Source of the DNA: Omnitrophica bacterium GWA2_41_15 | GTDB lineage: Bacteria; Omnitrophota; Gorgyraeia; Gygaellales; Profunditerraquicolaceae | Direction of reading: 5' to 3' | Length of the DNA: 64,000 nucleotides | Assembly (NCBI GenBank): GCA_919901915.1 | Contig: CAKKQB010000013.1 | Coordinates: forward strand, 64,192-128,191 | In this document: one piece after another, positions 15,816-26,500 of the stretch | Numbering within the stretch: position 1 is the stretch's first letter | How the letters are laid out: the number at the start of each line of letters is the position of its first letter | The notes under the pieces: generated by a model | Database searches by the model: none | What the model was told of the DNA's origin: nothing | What the model saw: the letters and a program-made list of their open reading frames with translations, nothing else | Position numbers and translations under genes: made by a program

Positions 15816-16057
15816 TATTTTTTCTTATAAAGTGCTGCTAACTCTAGCGGATACCTCGCGTTAACAATATGATAATATTCCACAGCCATACGTATATTCA
15901 TTAGTTCATCTTTCAAAGCTGTTTTTCTGGCTGCGGCTAAGGTAATATTAACATATACCACGAAACTGCCAATCAATACAAATATCAGACAAATAACCGC
16001 CAAAAACTCAATAAGCGTAAATCCCATTAGGGCTTTTTTATCAGAATAATTTTTCAT
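15812..16057 (-). CDS. short pilin-like protein with canonical prepilin cleavage site
   Basis: 81 aa, MKNYSDKKALMG|FTLIEFLAVICLIFVLIG. Confidence 0.7.
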   Translation of the reverse strand: MKNYSDKKALMGFTLIEFLAVICLIFVLIGSFVVYVNITLAAARKTALKDELMNIRMAVEYYHIVNARYPLELAALYKKKY

Positions 16058-16071
16058 TTTTCATTTTCTAA

Positions 16072-17286
16072 CTACCCCGGCCTAAACAATTTAATCAAAT
16101 TCCACATCGGCAGGAATATAGCCAAAGCCATAATTAAAACCATAATCCCTAAAACAAAAATTAATATAGGCTCAATATAAGTAGTCAAATTCCTGATCAT
16201 ATAAGCTGTTTCCCTGTCATAATAATCCGCCACATTTATAAGCAATTCGCCCATCCTGCCTGTTTGTTCTCCGGTTGAGACCATCTGAACTACAACAATA
16301 GGAAACAAATTGCTTACCTTCATCGGTTCAGACATACCCTTGCCCTGGTTAACATTTTCCTTGATATGCCCGATTGCCCGCGCGACAATAATATTTCCGG
16401 ACGTGTTTGCCGTTAAATCCAACACCTCTAAAATAGACACGCCGCTTTCCATTAATATGGCGGTAACACGCGCGAAACGCGACATAATAAGCAAGGTTAT
16501 CAACGGCCCCAAAACCGGAATCTTTAATTTAAGATTATCAAAAATAGGCCTGCCTATTTTTGAATTAATGAAACTCCTTAAACCAAAAATACCTGCTCCT
16601 GTCAACAAAATAAATAAATACCAAAATTTCTTGATACTAATACTAAGGGCGATTAAAATCCTTGTCGGAAGAGGCAATAACGTATTAAACTGGCTGTAAA
16701 TAACCGCAAAACGCGGAATGACAAAGGTAATCACAATAAGAAAAGCTACACATAAAGCAGAAAATGCCAACATCGGATAACGCGTGGCCGCGTTTATGCG
16801 GCTGGAAGTATCAATCTCCTGCTCTAATAACCCCGAGAGCCTTTCCAAAACACCCACTATATTACCGCTGGTCTCCGCGACCTTAATCATCGCGACGTAG
16901 ATACCATTAAAAATTTGGGATTGCTCTTTTAAGCTATCAGAGAAACTTAAGCCTCCTTTAATATTGAGGGCAATTTTTTCAATAACAGATTTAAAATATC
17001 TATTTTTTGTTTGTTGTGCCAGCGTCTCTAAGTTTGATAACAAAGGAAGCCCCGCCTTTTGCATAGAATAAAGCTGGCGCGTAAAAACATCCAACTCTTG
17101 AAGCCCCACGCGCTTAAACCGCTTAAGAATCTTTCCAACGCCCAAATCACGCGCTTCAATAATGGATATGGGAATATAGCCCATATCCGCCAGTTCTTTC
17201 GCGGCAAAATCGCTGGTTTCAGCGACAATCGTGCCTATAGCAAGCTTAGAAAATTTATCACGCGCCTTATATTTAAAATTAGCCAT
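16072..17286 (-). CDS. pilC: type IV pilus platform protein PilC (GspF family)
   Basis: Two T2SSF repeats and three TM segments. Start preferred at ATG 17286 ([10 protein letters not shown]), which overlaps the carB stop by 8 nt. The track start at 17331 is GTG. Confidence 0.9.
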   Translation of the reverse strand: MANFKYKARDKFSKLAIGTIVAETSDFAAKELADMGYIPISIIEARDLGVGKILKRFKRVGLQELDVFTRQLYSMQKAGLPLLSNLETLAQQTKNRYFKSVIEKIALNIKGGLSFSDSLKEQSQIFNGIYVAMIKVAETSGNIVGVLERLSGLLEQEIDTSSRINAATRYPMLAFSALCVAFLIVITFVIPRFAVIYSQFNTLLPLPTRILIALSISIKKFWYLFILLTGAGIFGLRSFINSKIGRPIFDNLKLKIPVLGPLITLLIMSRFARVTAILMESGVSILEVLDLTANTSGNIIVARAIGHIKENVNQGKGMSEPMKVSNLFPIVVVQMVSTGEQTGRMGELLINVADYYDRETAYMIRNLTTYIEPILIFVLGIMVLIMALAIFLPMWNLIKLFRPG

Positions 17287-18916
17287 ACGTAGAATAATAA
17301 TAAGGTGTAGCGGCATGGAACTCCGCGGCACAGGTATCTACAAGTTTATACACGGGAAAAATATTAAATGATTCGCGTAATTTATACATGTCTTCTTCAT
17401 TTTTACCTAGTAAACGACTCAACTGCCTATCGCTAAAACCAAATTCCTTCGCTTGAGTAAGGAGCTCTTTTGTAATATTATTCTTGTTTTTTATAATCTC
17501 TTTCTCTAAATCAATTATTTCTTTTATATTTGCCAAAAACCAACGGTCAATCTTGGTTAATTCATTAATTTTTTCTATATCCACCCCTATCCTTAAGGCA
17601 TCGCCAATATAAAAGATCCTTTCAGCGTTAGGTATTCTTAACTTTTGCTCAATCTTTTCCCACGCGCCATTATCCAATTCGCCTAAACTTTCTAAACCAT
17701 ACTTTTTAATCTCCAGAGAACGCAGGCCCTTCTGCAAAGCCTCCTTAAAAGTCCTCCCTATCGCCATTACCTCACCAACGGACTTCATAGAAACTGTAAG
17801 CGTGGGATCAGCGGATGGAAATTTTTCAAAAGTAAAGCGGGGAATTTTTACCACGCAATAATCTATTGCCGGTTCAAAACAAGCGGGCGTTTCTTTGGTA
17901 ATATCATTAGGGATCTCATCTAAGGTATAACCCACGGCTAACTTCGCGGCAATTTTCGCGATGGGAAAACCAGTCGCCTTAGACGCCAGAGCAGAGCTTC
18001 TTGAAACCCTTGGATTCATCTCAATAATAACCATGCGCCCGGTTTCAGGATTAATCGCGAATTGAATATTAGAGCCTCCTGTACTAACGCCTATCTCTCT
18101 TATGCAGGCAATTGAGGCGTCGCGCATTTTTTGATATTCTTTATCAGTTAACGTTTGAATAGGCGCGACAGTAATACTATCTCCTGTATGTACGCCCATC
18201 GGATCAAAATTTTCAATGGAACAAACTATTACCACATTATCCATTGAATCCCGCATTACCTCTAATTCAAACTCCTTCCAGCCAATTACCGATTCCTCAA
18301 TAAGAATTTCGCTGTTCATGCTGGACTCAAGGCCATACTTTGCCAAATCCTTAAATTCTTCTATATTATAAGCAACACTTCCGCCTGTTCCGCCTAATGT
18401 AAAACTCGGCCGAATAATCACCGGAAAACCTATCTCTTTAACCGCCTCTATGGCCTCATTTAAATTATAGGCCTTTTTACTTTTAGGCAGGTCCAGGCCA
18501 ATTTTTTGCATCGCCTTTTTAAAAAGCTGCCTGTCTTCGCCTTTTTTGATTGCCTTTATATCTACGCCAATGGTTTCTACCTTATATTTTTTAAGGATTC
18601 CTTTTTCCGCTAAATCTATAGATATATTTAAAGCGGTCTGCCCTCCCAATGTAGGCAATAACGCGTCCGGCCTTTCTCTGGCGATAATCTTTTCTATGAC
18701 CTCTACGGTCATTGGCTCAATATATGTCGCGTCTGCCATTTGAGGGTCGGTCATAATAGTAGCAGGATTTGAATTTATTAAAACTACTTTATAACCTTCC
18801 TGCCTTAAAACCTTGCAGGCTTGAGTTCCGGAATAATCAAATTCACAACCCTGGCTGATAATAATCGGGCCTGAACCAATAATTAGAATCTTCTTTATGT
18901 CAGTACGTTTAGGCAT
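17279..18916 (-). CDS. carB: carbamoyl-phosphate synthase large subunit, N-terminal half only (split CarB)
   Basis: Start at [18 protein letters not shown]. The first ATP-grasp domain is present. It ends ...[19 protein letters not shown], exactly where the second half of a full-length (about 1070 aa) CarB begins. Confidence 0.9.
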   Translation of the reverse strand: MPKRTDIKKILIIGSGPIIISQGCEFDYSGTQACKVLRQEGYKVVLINSNPATIMTDPQMADATYIEPMTVEVIEKIIARERPDALLPTLGGQTALNISIDLAEKGILKKYKVETIGVDIKAIKKGEDRQLFKKAMQKIGLDLPKSKKAYNLNEAIEAVKEIGFPVIIRPSFTLGGTGGSVAYNIEEFKDLAKYGLESSMNSEILIEESVIGWKEFELEVMRDSMDNVVIVCSIENFDPMGVHTGDSITVAPIQTLTDKEYQKMRDASIACIREIGVSTGGSNIQFAINPETGRMVIIEMNPRVSRSSALASKATGFPIAKIAAKLAVGYTLDEIPNDITKETPACFEPAIDYCVVKIPRFTFEKFPSADPTLTVSMKSVGEVMAIGRTFKEALQKGLRSLEIKKYGLESLGELDNGAWEKIEQKLRIPNAERIFYIGDALRIGVDIEKINELTKIDRWFLANIKEIIDLEKEIIKNKNNITKELLTQAKEFGFSDRQLSRLLGKNEEDMYKLRESFNIFPVYKLVDTCAAEFHAATPYYYSTYG

Positions 18917-18922
18917 AATAAT

Positions 18923-19029
18923 TAGCGTAGAGCGTAGAGCGGATAGTAAAATTAGCATTTAGCGTAGAGCGTAGAGCGTTTAATAAAAGTCTTTTGCCTT
19001 TTCTCTACGCTCTACGCTATACGCTATCC
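18923..19029. repeat. A-type heptamer-array hairpin (AGCGKAK)n ... (MTMCGCT)n
   Basis: tagcgtagagcgtagagcggatag...agcgtagagcgtagagcg-loop-ctctacgctctacgctatacgctatcc. The right arm contains the carA stop. Confidence 0.85.
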
Positions 19030-20102
19030 TTCATCATCTCTATAAATTTCCCAAATAGGTATTTCGTATCATGCGGACCAGGAGATGCCTCGGGATGAAA
19101 CTGAACAGAAAAAACAGGCAATTTCTTATGCCGCATTCCTTCCAGGGTATCGTCATTTAAATTTATATGCGTAAGCTCTATATCTTTCTTATCCAAAGAA
19201 TCTATGTCCACGCAAAAACCGTGATTTTGCGCTGTTATACAAACTTTTCCTGTCTTTAAGTCCTTAACCGGATGATTCGCGCCATGGTGGCCGAATTTAA
19301 GTTTATAGGTTTTACCGCCAAAAGCAAGCCCTAACATCTGATGGCCAAGGCAGATTCCGAATATCGGCAATTTACCAATTAAGCCTCTTGTTGTTTCTAC
19401 AACATATTTTACTGCTGATGGATCTCCCGGGCCGTTAGAAAGCAAAACCCCGTCAGGTTTAAGCTCTAAAATATCCTCTGCTCTTGTTTCAGCCGGCACA
19501 ACTACTGCTTCGCAATTATGCTCAACGAGCTCTCTTAAAATATTATATTTTACCCCGCAATCAATCACTACAACCTTATATTTAGCTTTCTTTAAACTAG
19601 GCCAGATATATTTTTTGGCACAACTTACCTCTTTAACTAAGTCTATTCCCGTCAGTCCCAATGACTTTTTTACTTTTTCCACTAAACTCTTTTCATCCAA
19701 ATCTCGCGTAGATAAAACTGCCTTCATCGCGCCTTTTTCTCTGACATGCAAGGTTAGCGCTCTTGTATCTATCCCTTCAATACCCATGATATTATTTTCT
19801 TCTAAGTATTCTCCTAATGACTGCTCCTTGCGCCAATTACTGGCAATTTTACTATATTCTTTTACCGCGAATCCTTCCAGAAACAACCCTGCTGACTCTG
19901 TATCAAGCCTGTTTACGCCATAATTACCAATTAAAGGATACGTCATCGTAACAATCTGGCCTTTATAAGAAGGGTCTGTCAAGATCTCCTGATACCCTGC
20001 CATACTGGTATTAAAAACTATCTCGCCATAGCTTTCGCCAGAAGCGCCAAAAGATTTACCCCTAAATATCATTCCGTCTTCTAATACAAGAATTGCTTCC
20101 AT
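19017..20102 (-). CDS. carA: carbamoyl-phosphate synthase small (glutaminase) subunit
   Basis: 361 aa. CPSase_sm N-domain plus class I GATase triad (GICLGHQ, HPE). Confidence 0.95.
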   Translation of the reverse strand: MEAILVLEDGMIFRGKSFGASGESYGEIVFNTSMAGYQEILTDPSYKGQIVTMTYPLIGNYGVNRLDTESAGLFLEGFAVKEYSKIASNWRKEQSLGEYLEENNIMGIEGIDTRALTLHVREKGAMKAVLSTRDLDEKSLVEKVKKSLGLTGIDLVKEVSCAKKYIWPSLKKAKYKVVVIDCGVKYNILRELVEHNCEAVVVPAETRAEDILELKPDGVLLSNGPGDPSAVKYVVETTRGLIGKLPIFGICLGHQMLGLAFGGKTYKLKFGHHGANHPVKDLKTGKVCITAQNHGFCVDIDSLDKKDIELTHINLNDDTLEGMRHKKLPVFSVQFHPEASPGPHDTKYLFGKFIEMMKDSV

Positions 20103-20107
20103 ATTTT

Positions 20108-20137
20108 TAGCGTATAGCGGATAGCGTAGAGCGTATA
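20108..20137. repeat. A-type heptamer array, single arm
   Basis: tagcgtatagcggatagcgtagagcgtata; no complementary arm seen nearby. Confidence 0.75.
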
Positions 20138-20157
20138 ATAGTATAAATTATTATCTT

Positions 20158-21525
20158 TTACTCCAATATGTACTTTGATATTTTTTTCGGCGGCTCTATG
20201 AGGTATTTTCCATCAAAACAAGCAGTGCAAAATTTATCTTTTGGTAAAGGCATAGCTTCCAGCATCCCTTCTTTGCTTAAATATTCAAGGCTATCCGCGC
20301 CGATAAAATCACGTATCCAATCAATGCTATGCTTAGCGGCAATAAGTTCTTTCTTGGTGGGAAAATCAATGCCATAAAAACAAGGGCTGATAAGCGGCGG
20401 GCAGCTTACCCGCATATGCACCTCTTTTGCTCCTGCCTCACGAATAGTTTTAATCCTGACCTTTGAGGTTGTGCCGCGCACAATTGAATCCTCAATAACC
20501 ACAACCTTTTTATCTTTTAAAATCGGCTTCACCGGATTAAGTTTTACCTTCACCCGGAAATCCCTCTGGGCCTGATCTGGCTGAATAAAAGTCCTGCCAA
20601 TATAATGATTACGCATCATTCCCATTTCATAAGAAATGCCTAAATGCTGCGCGTAACCTAACGCGGCGCAAGTACCGGAATCAGGGACAGGCATAACAAT
20701 ATCAGCCTTAACAGGAAATTCCCGCGCAAGCTGTTGGCCTAATTTTTTTCTTGTCTGATAAACATTCTCTTCAAAAATATTGCTGTCCGGCCGCGCGAAA
20801 TAAATGTATTCAAAAATACAAAACCCACAATCTTTTTTTATAACCGGCCTAATCGAATCTATTTTATCCTTTTGAATAAAGACAGTCTCCCCCGGCAAGA
20901 TATCCCGGACATATTGAGCGCCGATTAAATCAAATACACAGGTTTCACTGGCTAGGACATACGCCGCGCCTAATTTTCCTAAACAAAGCGGACGAAATCC
21001 TAAAGGGTCTCGTGAACCAATTAGAATATTATTAAACATTAAAACTAAGGAATACGCGCCTTTTAACTGCGCAAGCGCCCACGGGATTGCCTCTTGATAA
21101 TCTCTCTTAGGGCTATGGGCGATAAGATGCGCGATCACCTCTGAATCCATAGTCGTCTGAAACAACGCGCCCTTATCTTCTAATTGCCGCTGTAATTGAA
21201 ACGCGTTGACAATATTTCCATTATGGGCTATAGCAATATGACAGTTTTTAGTTTTTACATAAAACGGCTGGGCATTTTTTAAGGTACTGCTTCCTGTTGT
21301 GGAATAGCGCACATGACCAATCGCTAAATCGCCTTTGAGGCTAGAAATAGCTTTCTTATCAAATACCTCACTAACCAGGCCAAGGGCTTTATGGATATGG
21401 GGCTTCGAGCCATTGTGGGTAACTATGCCGGCAGATTCTTCGCCACGATGCTGAAGCGCGTATAATCCAAGGTAAGTAATTTTTGCGGCTTCTTTATGCG
21501 GATAAATCCCAAATATTCCACACAT
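20158..21525 (-). CDS. purF: amidophosphoribosyltransferase
   Basis: 455 aa. MCGIFGI Ntn start, PRTase motif VVVIEDSIVRGTT. Confidence 0.95.
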   Translation of the reverse strand: MCGIFGIYPHKEAAKITYLGLYALQHRGEESAGIVTHNGSKPHIHKALGLVSEVFDKKAISSLKGDLAIGHVRYSTTGSSTLKNAQPFYVKTKNCHIAIAHNGNIVNAFQLQRQLEDKGALFQTTMDSEVIAHLIAHSPKRDYQEAIPWALAQLKGAYSLVLMFNNILIGSRDPLGFRPLCLGKLGAAYVLASETCVFDLIGAQYVRDILPGETVFIQKDKIDSIRPVIKKDCGFCIFEYIYFARPDSNIFEENVYQTRKKLGQQLAREFPVKADIVMPVPDSGTCAALGYAQHLGISYEMGMMRNHYIGRTFIQPDQAQRDFRVKVKLNPVKPILKDKKVVVIEDSIVRGTTSKVRIKTIREAGAKEVHMRVSCPPLISPCFYGIDFPTKKELIAAKHSIDWIRDFIGADSLEYLSKEGMLEAMPLPKDKFCTACFDGKYLIEPPKKISKYILE

Positions 21526-21612
21526 CTTCTATTTATAGTATAAAAAGTTATGCCTAAGCATCTCTATTATTATCTCTTTATAAATAAAAATTAAGTAGTT
21601 AATACTAAAAAA

Positions 21613-21775
21613 GTGGCATTCAGGCTGTCTCGCAATCCTTATCGTGTCATTGCGAGGGCTGATTTATCAGCCCGTGGCAATCTTTTTACGACGAAGAATG
21701 TTAAAAAGATTGCTTCGCTTCGCTCGCTCTTGACACGCATTTTATTATTGTGATACAGTCTCAATGACACGAAAA
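21613..21775. mobile_element. MITE-like nested palindrome (ends CATTCAGGCTGT... / ...ACAGTCTCAATG; GTCATTGCGAG core)
   Basis: Imperfect inverted ends. The core gtcattgcgag...gcaatct...agattgcttcg is related to 23072-23177 and 29190-29262. A solo end is at 12397-12420. Confidence 0.6.
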
Positions 21776-21802
21776 TGAGGACTTTTCAGCGCTAACTAAC
21801 TA

Positions 21803-21830
21803 AGTATAACATATTCCTTTAGTCCGTCAA
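21803..21830 (-). promoter_or_regulatory. candidate sigma70 promoter upstream of purF (TTGACG-16-TATACT)
   Basis: Minus strand reads ttgacggactaaaggaatatgttatact. The MITE-like element lies between it and purF. Confidence 0.35.
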
Positions 21831-21898
21831 CATAAAACGCAACTTAATTTGGGAATGATACCATAAAAGCGATAAAAAGGGGAAAAGTTAAAGTAGTT

Positions 21899-22276
21899 TC
21901 AGGCAGTTTCGATAGCTCTTGTAGGCCGAGTAATATGAACTTTGTCTTTTTTTACAATTACCATGGCATTTTCAAAGGAAGCAAACATCTTTTTTTCTAC
22001 TAAGGGGTTCAAGATGTTAAGAAGGGCATCGGGAGCGAAAGGGTTAATTCTAAAAAATACAATTCCTTTATGGGTTCCTAAGGGGAATCTATAAAGACTG
22101 GTGAAATCATTATCTAAGGTAAGAATAATTCTATTTTCTTTTCTGCAAAACGAAACTATCTCTTCATCACTAGCCTTTTGCAATCCCACATCTAAGGCTT
22201 TAATAATATCGTAGCCATTCTTACGCAAGAGTTCTACGCCACAGCTAAAGAAACAATGGTCAGCAAATAACTTCAT
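21899..22276 (-). CDS. DUF5615 (PIN-like) putative toxin
   Basis: 125 aa. Has LFADHCF...ASDEEI...RIILTLDNDF, typical of DUF5615. Its start abuts the DUF433 stop. Confidence 0.7.
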   Translation of the reverse strand: MKLFADHCFFSCGVELLRKNGYDIIKALDVGLQKASDEEIVSFCRKENRIILTLDNDFTSLYRFPLGTHKGIVFFRINPFAPDALLNILNPLVEKKMFASFENAMVIVKKDKVHITRPTRAIETA

Positions 22277-22522
22277 TTAGTTAACCTCTTGGACAAAAAC
22301 TTCTTCGTTTTTAAAGATACAGGCAGCGTAATGAATGCAGGCTTTAATATCTTCGGGGGTAATATCAGGATAGCATTGTTTAATAATTTCCTCTATAGCC
22401 AGCCCTTGTTCAATAAGTTCCAGAACCATATAAACAGGAATTCTGGTTTCTTTAATACAGGGTTTTCCAAAGCAGATGTTGGGGTTAATAGAAATTCTAT
22501 CTTCCAGAGAATTATTTGCCAT
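22277..22522 (-). CDS. DUF433 putative antitoxin
   Basis: Start at ATG 22522 (MANNSLEDRISINPNICFGKPCIKETRIPV) with strong RBS GGAGGTGG. The track start at 22552 is an extension. Confidence 0.75.
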   Translation of the reverse strand: MANNSLEDRISINPNICFGKPCIKETRIPVYMVLELIEQGLAIEEIIKQCYPDITPEDIKACIHYAACIFKNEEVFVQEVN

Positions 22523-22613
22523 TGTTTCCACCTCCTGGCTGAAATATAACACGAACTTATATAAGCGTCAAGTTTTATCTCACAAAAATCAGGCCAGCCC
22601 ATATAAGTATAGA

Positions 22614-22704
22614 TGGAAATTAGGGGAAATTAGGGACAGCGACCGTTTTTCTGTAATAAAATAGTCGCTGACCCTATTTTCCGCAATTTCGCAATTTCGA
22701 AATT
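22614..22704. repeat. hairpin with decamer-repeat arms (GGAAATTAGG x2 ... CGCAATTTCG x2) around TAGGGACAGCGAC/GTCGCTGACCCTA
   Basis: Read directly from the sequence. Confidence 0.7.
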
Positions 22705-22847
22705 ATTATGAATAATATTGCCCCAAAGCAACCGCTTTCTTTTTTACCCCTTTTGGTATAGAAATCCCATAATTTATAGTGTATACTTTATTACAAAAAT
22801 ACATATCAGCTATCAGCTGTTGATGAACCGCGGTTCGTGGGATTATT

Positions 22848-23213
22848 ATGATTAACAAAAATAACAACATAGAGACGCCCCAGTGGGGCGTCTCTACAAA
22901 ATTCTTATCTTTAATTCTCTGCTTCTCTCTCCTACTTCAGCAGACAGGCTTGGCTCAGGCTCTGCCTTCTCTTTCTCAGCCTCAACCTCAGCCTTTGCTC
23001 CGCTATCTCTCCGTCAACTCCGCCAATCCCAATAATTATTTTAATTTCCTGATGGATAAGGGTAGTAACGTGTCATTGCGAAGAGGAGCGCTTTTTAGCG
23101 ACGACGAAGCAATCTTTTTACGAAGTAACTCTTTAAAAGATTGCTTCACCCTCGCTAACGCTCGGGTTCGCAATGACACATTACTTTCCACAATAATTAC
23201 GAATGACTCCTAA
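22848..23213 (+). CDS. doubtful ORF / gene remnant; signal-peptide-like segment flanked by repeat-derived sequence
   Basis: 121 aa. Residues ETPQWGVST derive from hairpin 22869-22897. The C-terminal 45 aa derive from palindrome 23072-23177. Only plus-strand candidate; weak RBS. Confidence 0.2.
   Translation: MINKNNNIETPQWGVSTKFLSLILCFSLLLQQTGLAQALPSLSQPQPQPLLRYLSVNSANPNNYFNFLMDKGSNVSLRRGALFSDDEAIFLRSNSLKDCFTLANARVRNDTLLSTIITNDS
23072..23177. repeat. GTCATTGCGA...TCGCAATGAC nested palindrome (core III)
   Basis: gtcattgcgaagagg...gaagcaatct...agattgcttc...gggttcgcaatgac. Confidence 0.8.
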
Positions 23214-23227
23214 TTTGTGCTATTTAC

Positions 23228-23517
23228 TTAGGTAACCTCTTCTATCGGCAGGAGAAAGGCTTTTACGCCTTCCTTATTTAAGGTTTCTCTCAATTTTCTT
23301 ACGCGGGATAAAAGTTTCTTAGCCAAATCATCCTCGCAAGCCACCGCTAAAACATTATTTAGGCCCGGCCATACGTTACTATCTAAATGCGGCTCACTTA
23401 CTTTGCCTTTACCTAAAACACGCTGCCATTTAGTAAAATGTTAATACCGCAGGCCTCTAAGGCATCCATAACCTCTATGTCAATTGCTTCATTATAAGTA
23501 ATCAAAACTAGCTTCAT
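23228..23517 (-). pseudogene. small P-II-like transporter-associated protein, disrupted by a 1-nt frameshift
   Basis: ATG 23517 overlaps the RND stop (ATGA). Frame 1 reads MKLVLITYNEAIDIEVMDALEACGINI, then stops. The adjacent frame continues FTKWQRVLGKGKVSEPHLDSNVWPGLNNVLAVACEDD...EEVT*. The span is 290 nt (3n+2). The shift is at the A4 run 23435-23438. Confidence 0.65.
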
Positions 23518-26500
23518 TGTTTATGCCTCCTGCCTTTAATAAGCGCGTAAATAACCGGGACTAAAACTAATGTAATGAGAGTAGAAATACTTAGGCCTCC
23601 GATCATGCTGATACCTATGGGCCTCCAAGTTTCCGAGCCTTCCCCGCGGCTAAAGGCAAGCGGAATCATCCCGAACAAGGTAGTGATGGTAGTCATTAAA
23701 ACCGGCCGCAAGCGGTTTGCGCCGCCGGTAACCACCGCGTCAGCAATAGAGAGCCCGCGGGAACGCAATATATTTATATAATCAACTAAAACAATCGCGT
23801 TATTTACGACGATACCGACGAGCATAATCAGGCCGATAAAAGAAGCAATATTTAAGGTTGTCCCTGTAACAAAAAGGCTAAAAGCCACGCCCGTAAAAGC
23901 AAAAGGCACGGAAAACATAATAATAAACGGGTCAATTAGGGAGCCGAATTGGCTGGCCATTACCATGTAAACCAAAAGCGCCCCCAGTAAAAATAAAAGA
24001 AATAAATCCCGGAAGGATTTTGCCTGTTCTTCCACATCTGCGCCCAGATTTACTGTTATGCCCTGCGGGATATTTTCCGTCTCAATTATTTTGCGCACAT
24101 CTTTAGCCACCTCACCTAAGGAACGCCGGAAAACATTCGCCTCTACCTTAATAATGCGCTCTTGATTCTGGCGTTCAATCTGTATGGGTCCGGTCTTATA
24201 AACTACTGCCGCTATACTGCTTAAACGGATAACCTTGCCCGCGGAATTCAGCAAAGAAATATTTTCTATATCACTTATACTGGCGCGGTCCTCGTCTTTA
24301 AGCCGCACAAAAACATCATATTCTTCTCCTGCCTCGCGGTATTTGGTAGCAGCACTCCCGTAAAAATAAGTACGCAACGTATCTGTAATCTGGCGCATGC
24401 TTAGCCCTAATAAAGATGCCTTGGTACGGTCAACCTCAATTTGTAGCTCTGGTTTGCCTATGTCGCGCGAAATACTTGTATCAACCACGCCGGGGATACG
24501 TTCCATCTTATCTTTAATTTTATTAGCAAGTTGGCCTGTAATTGTAAAATCATTCCCAAGGATTTCTACAGAGACAGGTTTGCCTGCCCCGAACATCAAT
24601 CGGGAAATCGGACTAATGGAAGAAATATTTACTTTTTTTACCCCGAGGATAGTTTTAAGCTTTGGTCGCAGACTTTCTCCGATTTCCTTGGCAGAGCGGC
24701 TGCGCTGTGTTGTTTTGCTTAATTTAATCCCGACAGTCGCGACATTTGAGCCGCTTTTTGCGCTAAATACCGAACCGAACCGACCGCTTGTGGTTGATTG
24801 TCCGCTGCGCGAATATACCTGTTTAGCCTCCGGAACTTCTCCATAGATAATTTTTTCCATTGCCCTTGCCGCGCGGTCAGTCTCTTCTACGCGCGTACCA
24901 ACCGGCATCTCTACTGTAATGGTCAAATCGCCGGAGTCTTCTTCCGGAACAAATTCCGTTCCAACGCGGGAAATAAGAAAAATACTAAAGATAAATACGC
25001 CAATAGCAATAAAAATAGTTGCACCTTTAAATTTAAGCGCTTGAGTTAAAATTTTCGCGTAAGTATAATCAAAAAAAGAAAGTAGTTTTCCGCTTTTCTC
25101 ATAAAGAAACCGCCAAAGGTCTTTTTTGTCCTTTACAGGTTCTGCCGCGGGATTTTTTAACCATAAAGAAGAGAGCATCGGGCTGAAGGTGAGAGCAGTA
25201 AAAAGCGAAGCCAGAAGCGTAACCGTAATCATTACTGCTAATTGTCTAAAGAAAACCCCGACTATTCCGGTAATAAAAACCATCGGCAGAAAAACAACTA
25301 CAGTGGTAAAGGTTGAGGCGCTGACTGCCGAGCCTACTTCAGAAGAGCCAAAGATTGCCGCCTCTTTCGGTTTCTGGCCGCGTTCAAGTTTGCGCACGAT
25401 ATTATCCACAATTACTATCGCGTTGTCCACGACCATTCCGATGGCAATAGCCAGGCTGGAAAGGGAGATGATGTTAATTGTGTAACCGAAAAAATACATA
25501 AAGGTAAAAGCGATAATCAGGGAAAACGGGATAGTCAGGGTAATGATTAGGCTGGGTAAAAATTGGCGCAGGAAAAAGAAAACCACAATTACCACAAAAA
25601 TTCCCCCCCAGTAAATAGTCTGAGACAAATCATTAATTGACTGTTCAATATGTTCGGCATTATCCATAAGCACGGCAAACTTAATTCCTTCTGGTAGGAG
25701 AGGTTGGAGCCGCAATAGTTCCTTGCGCACACTCTTAACGATATCCACGGTATTGGCGCCGGAACGTTTCTGTATCATCATCATTACACTGGGGACATTA
25801 TTTGAGCGCACAAACATTGTCTCTTCCTTAAAAGAATCCGCTACACTGGCAACATCCTTAAGATAAACGGTTTTTTCAGCCTGCTGGGTGAGGATGATGT
25901 CTTTTATCTGTTCGGGATTGCTGAATTCTCCGGGCACGCGCAGGCTGTAATCGGTAAAACCAATTTTTAGGCCGCCGGCAGGAAGGGTGATATTTTCTTC
26001 AGAGAGCCTGTTGATTACCTGTTGGGGGGAGATGTTATATGCCTCTAGGCGGCCGCGGTCAAGGCTGACATTAATCTGGCGCTCTCTTCCGCCAGAAATC
26101 TGCACTGCCCCGACCCCGGGAAGCCGTTTAAGCGCCTCAGCCACATTTTTATCCATCAGATGGTATAATTGGGTATAGTATTTTTCGGAGCTGACAGAGA
26201 AATAAAGAATAGGGATCATTGAGGTGTTAAACTTAAAGACAATCGGCGTATCAATTTCCTCAGGGAGGAGTCGTTTGGCAAATTCTAATTTATCGCGGAT
26301 ATCATTTGAGGCCTCATCAAGATTAACCCCCCATTTAAAACGGCAGGAGACTACGGATGTTCCCTCCATAGAACGCGAGGTAAGCTTGTCTAAGTTAGCA
26401 ACAGTGGCAAGGTTATTTTCTATAACCTCGGTAACCTTACTTTCTACATCTTCCGCGGAAGCCCCTTCATAAACAGTAATAACAGAAATTGAAGGCGGTT

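Noticed and set aside
24397-24846. Numerous plus-strand ORFs of 60-180 aa antisense to long minus-strand genes (for example 2766..3002, 16310..16699, 24397..24846, 25126..25485, 52883..53422, 61620..61985). Also out-of-frame minus-strand ORFs inside genes (17028..17228, 33628..33855, 34429..34689, 41209..41406, 22393..22602).
   Set aside because: These are shadow ORFs. They have low-complexity composition and no recognisable motifs, and they are fully contained within well-supported CDSs.
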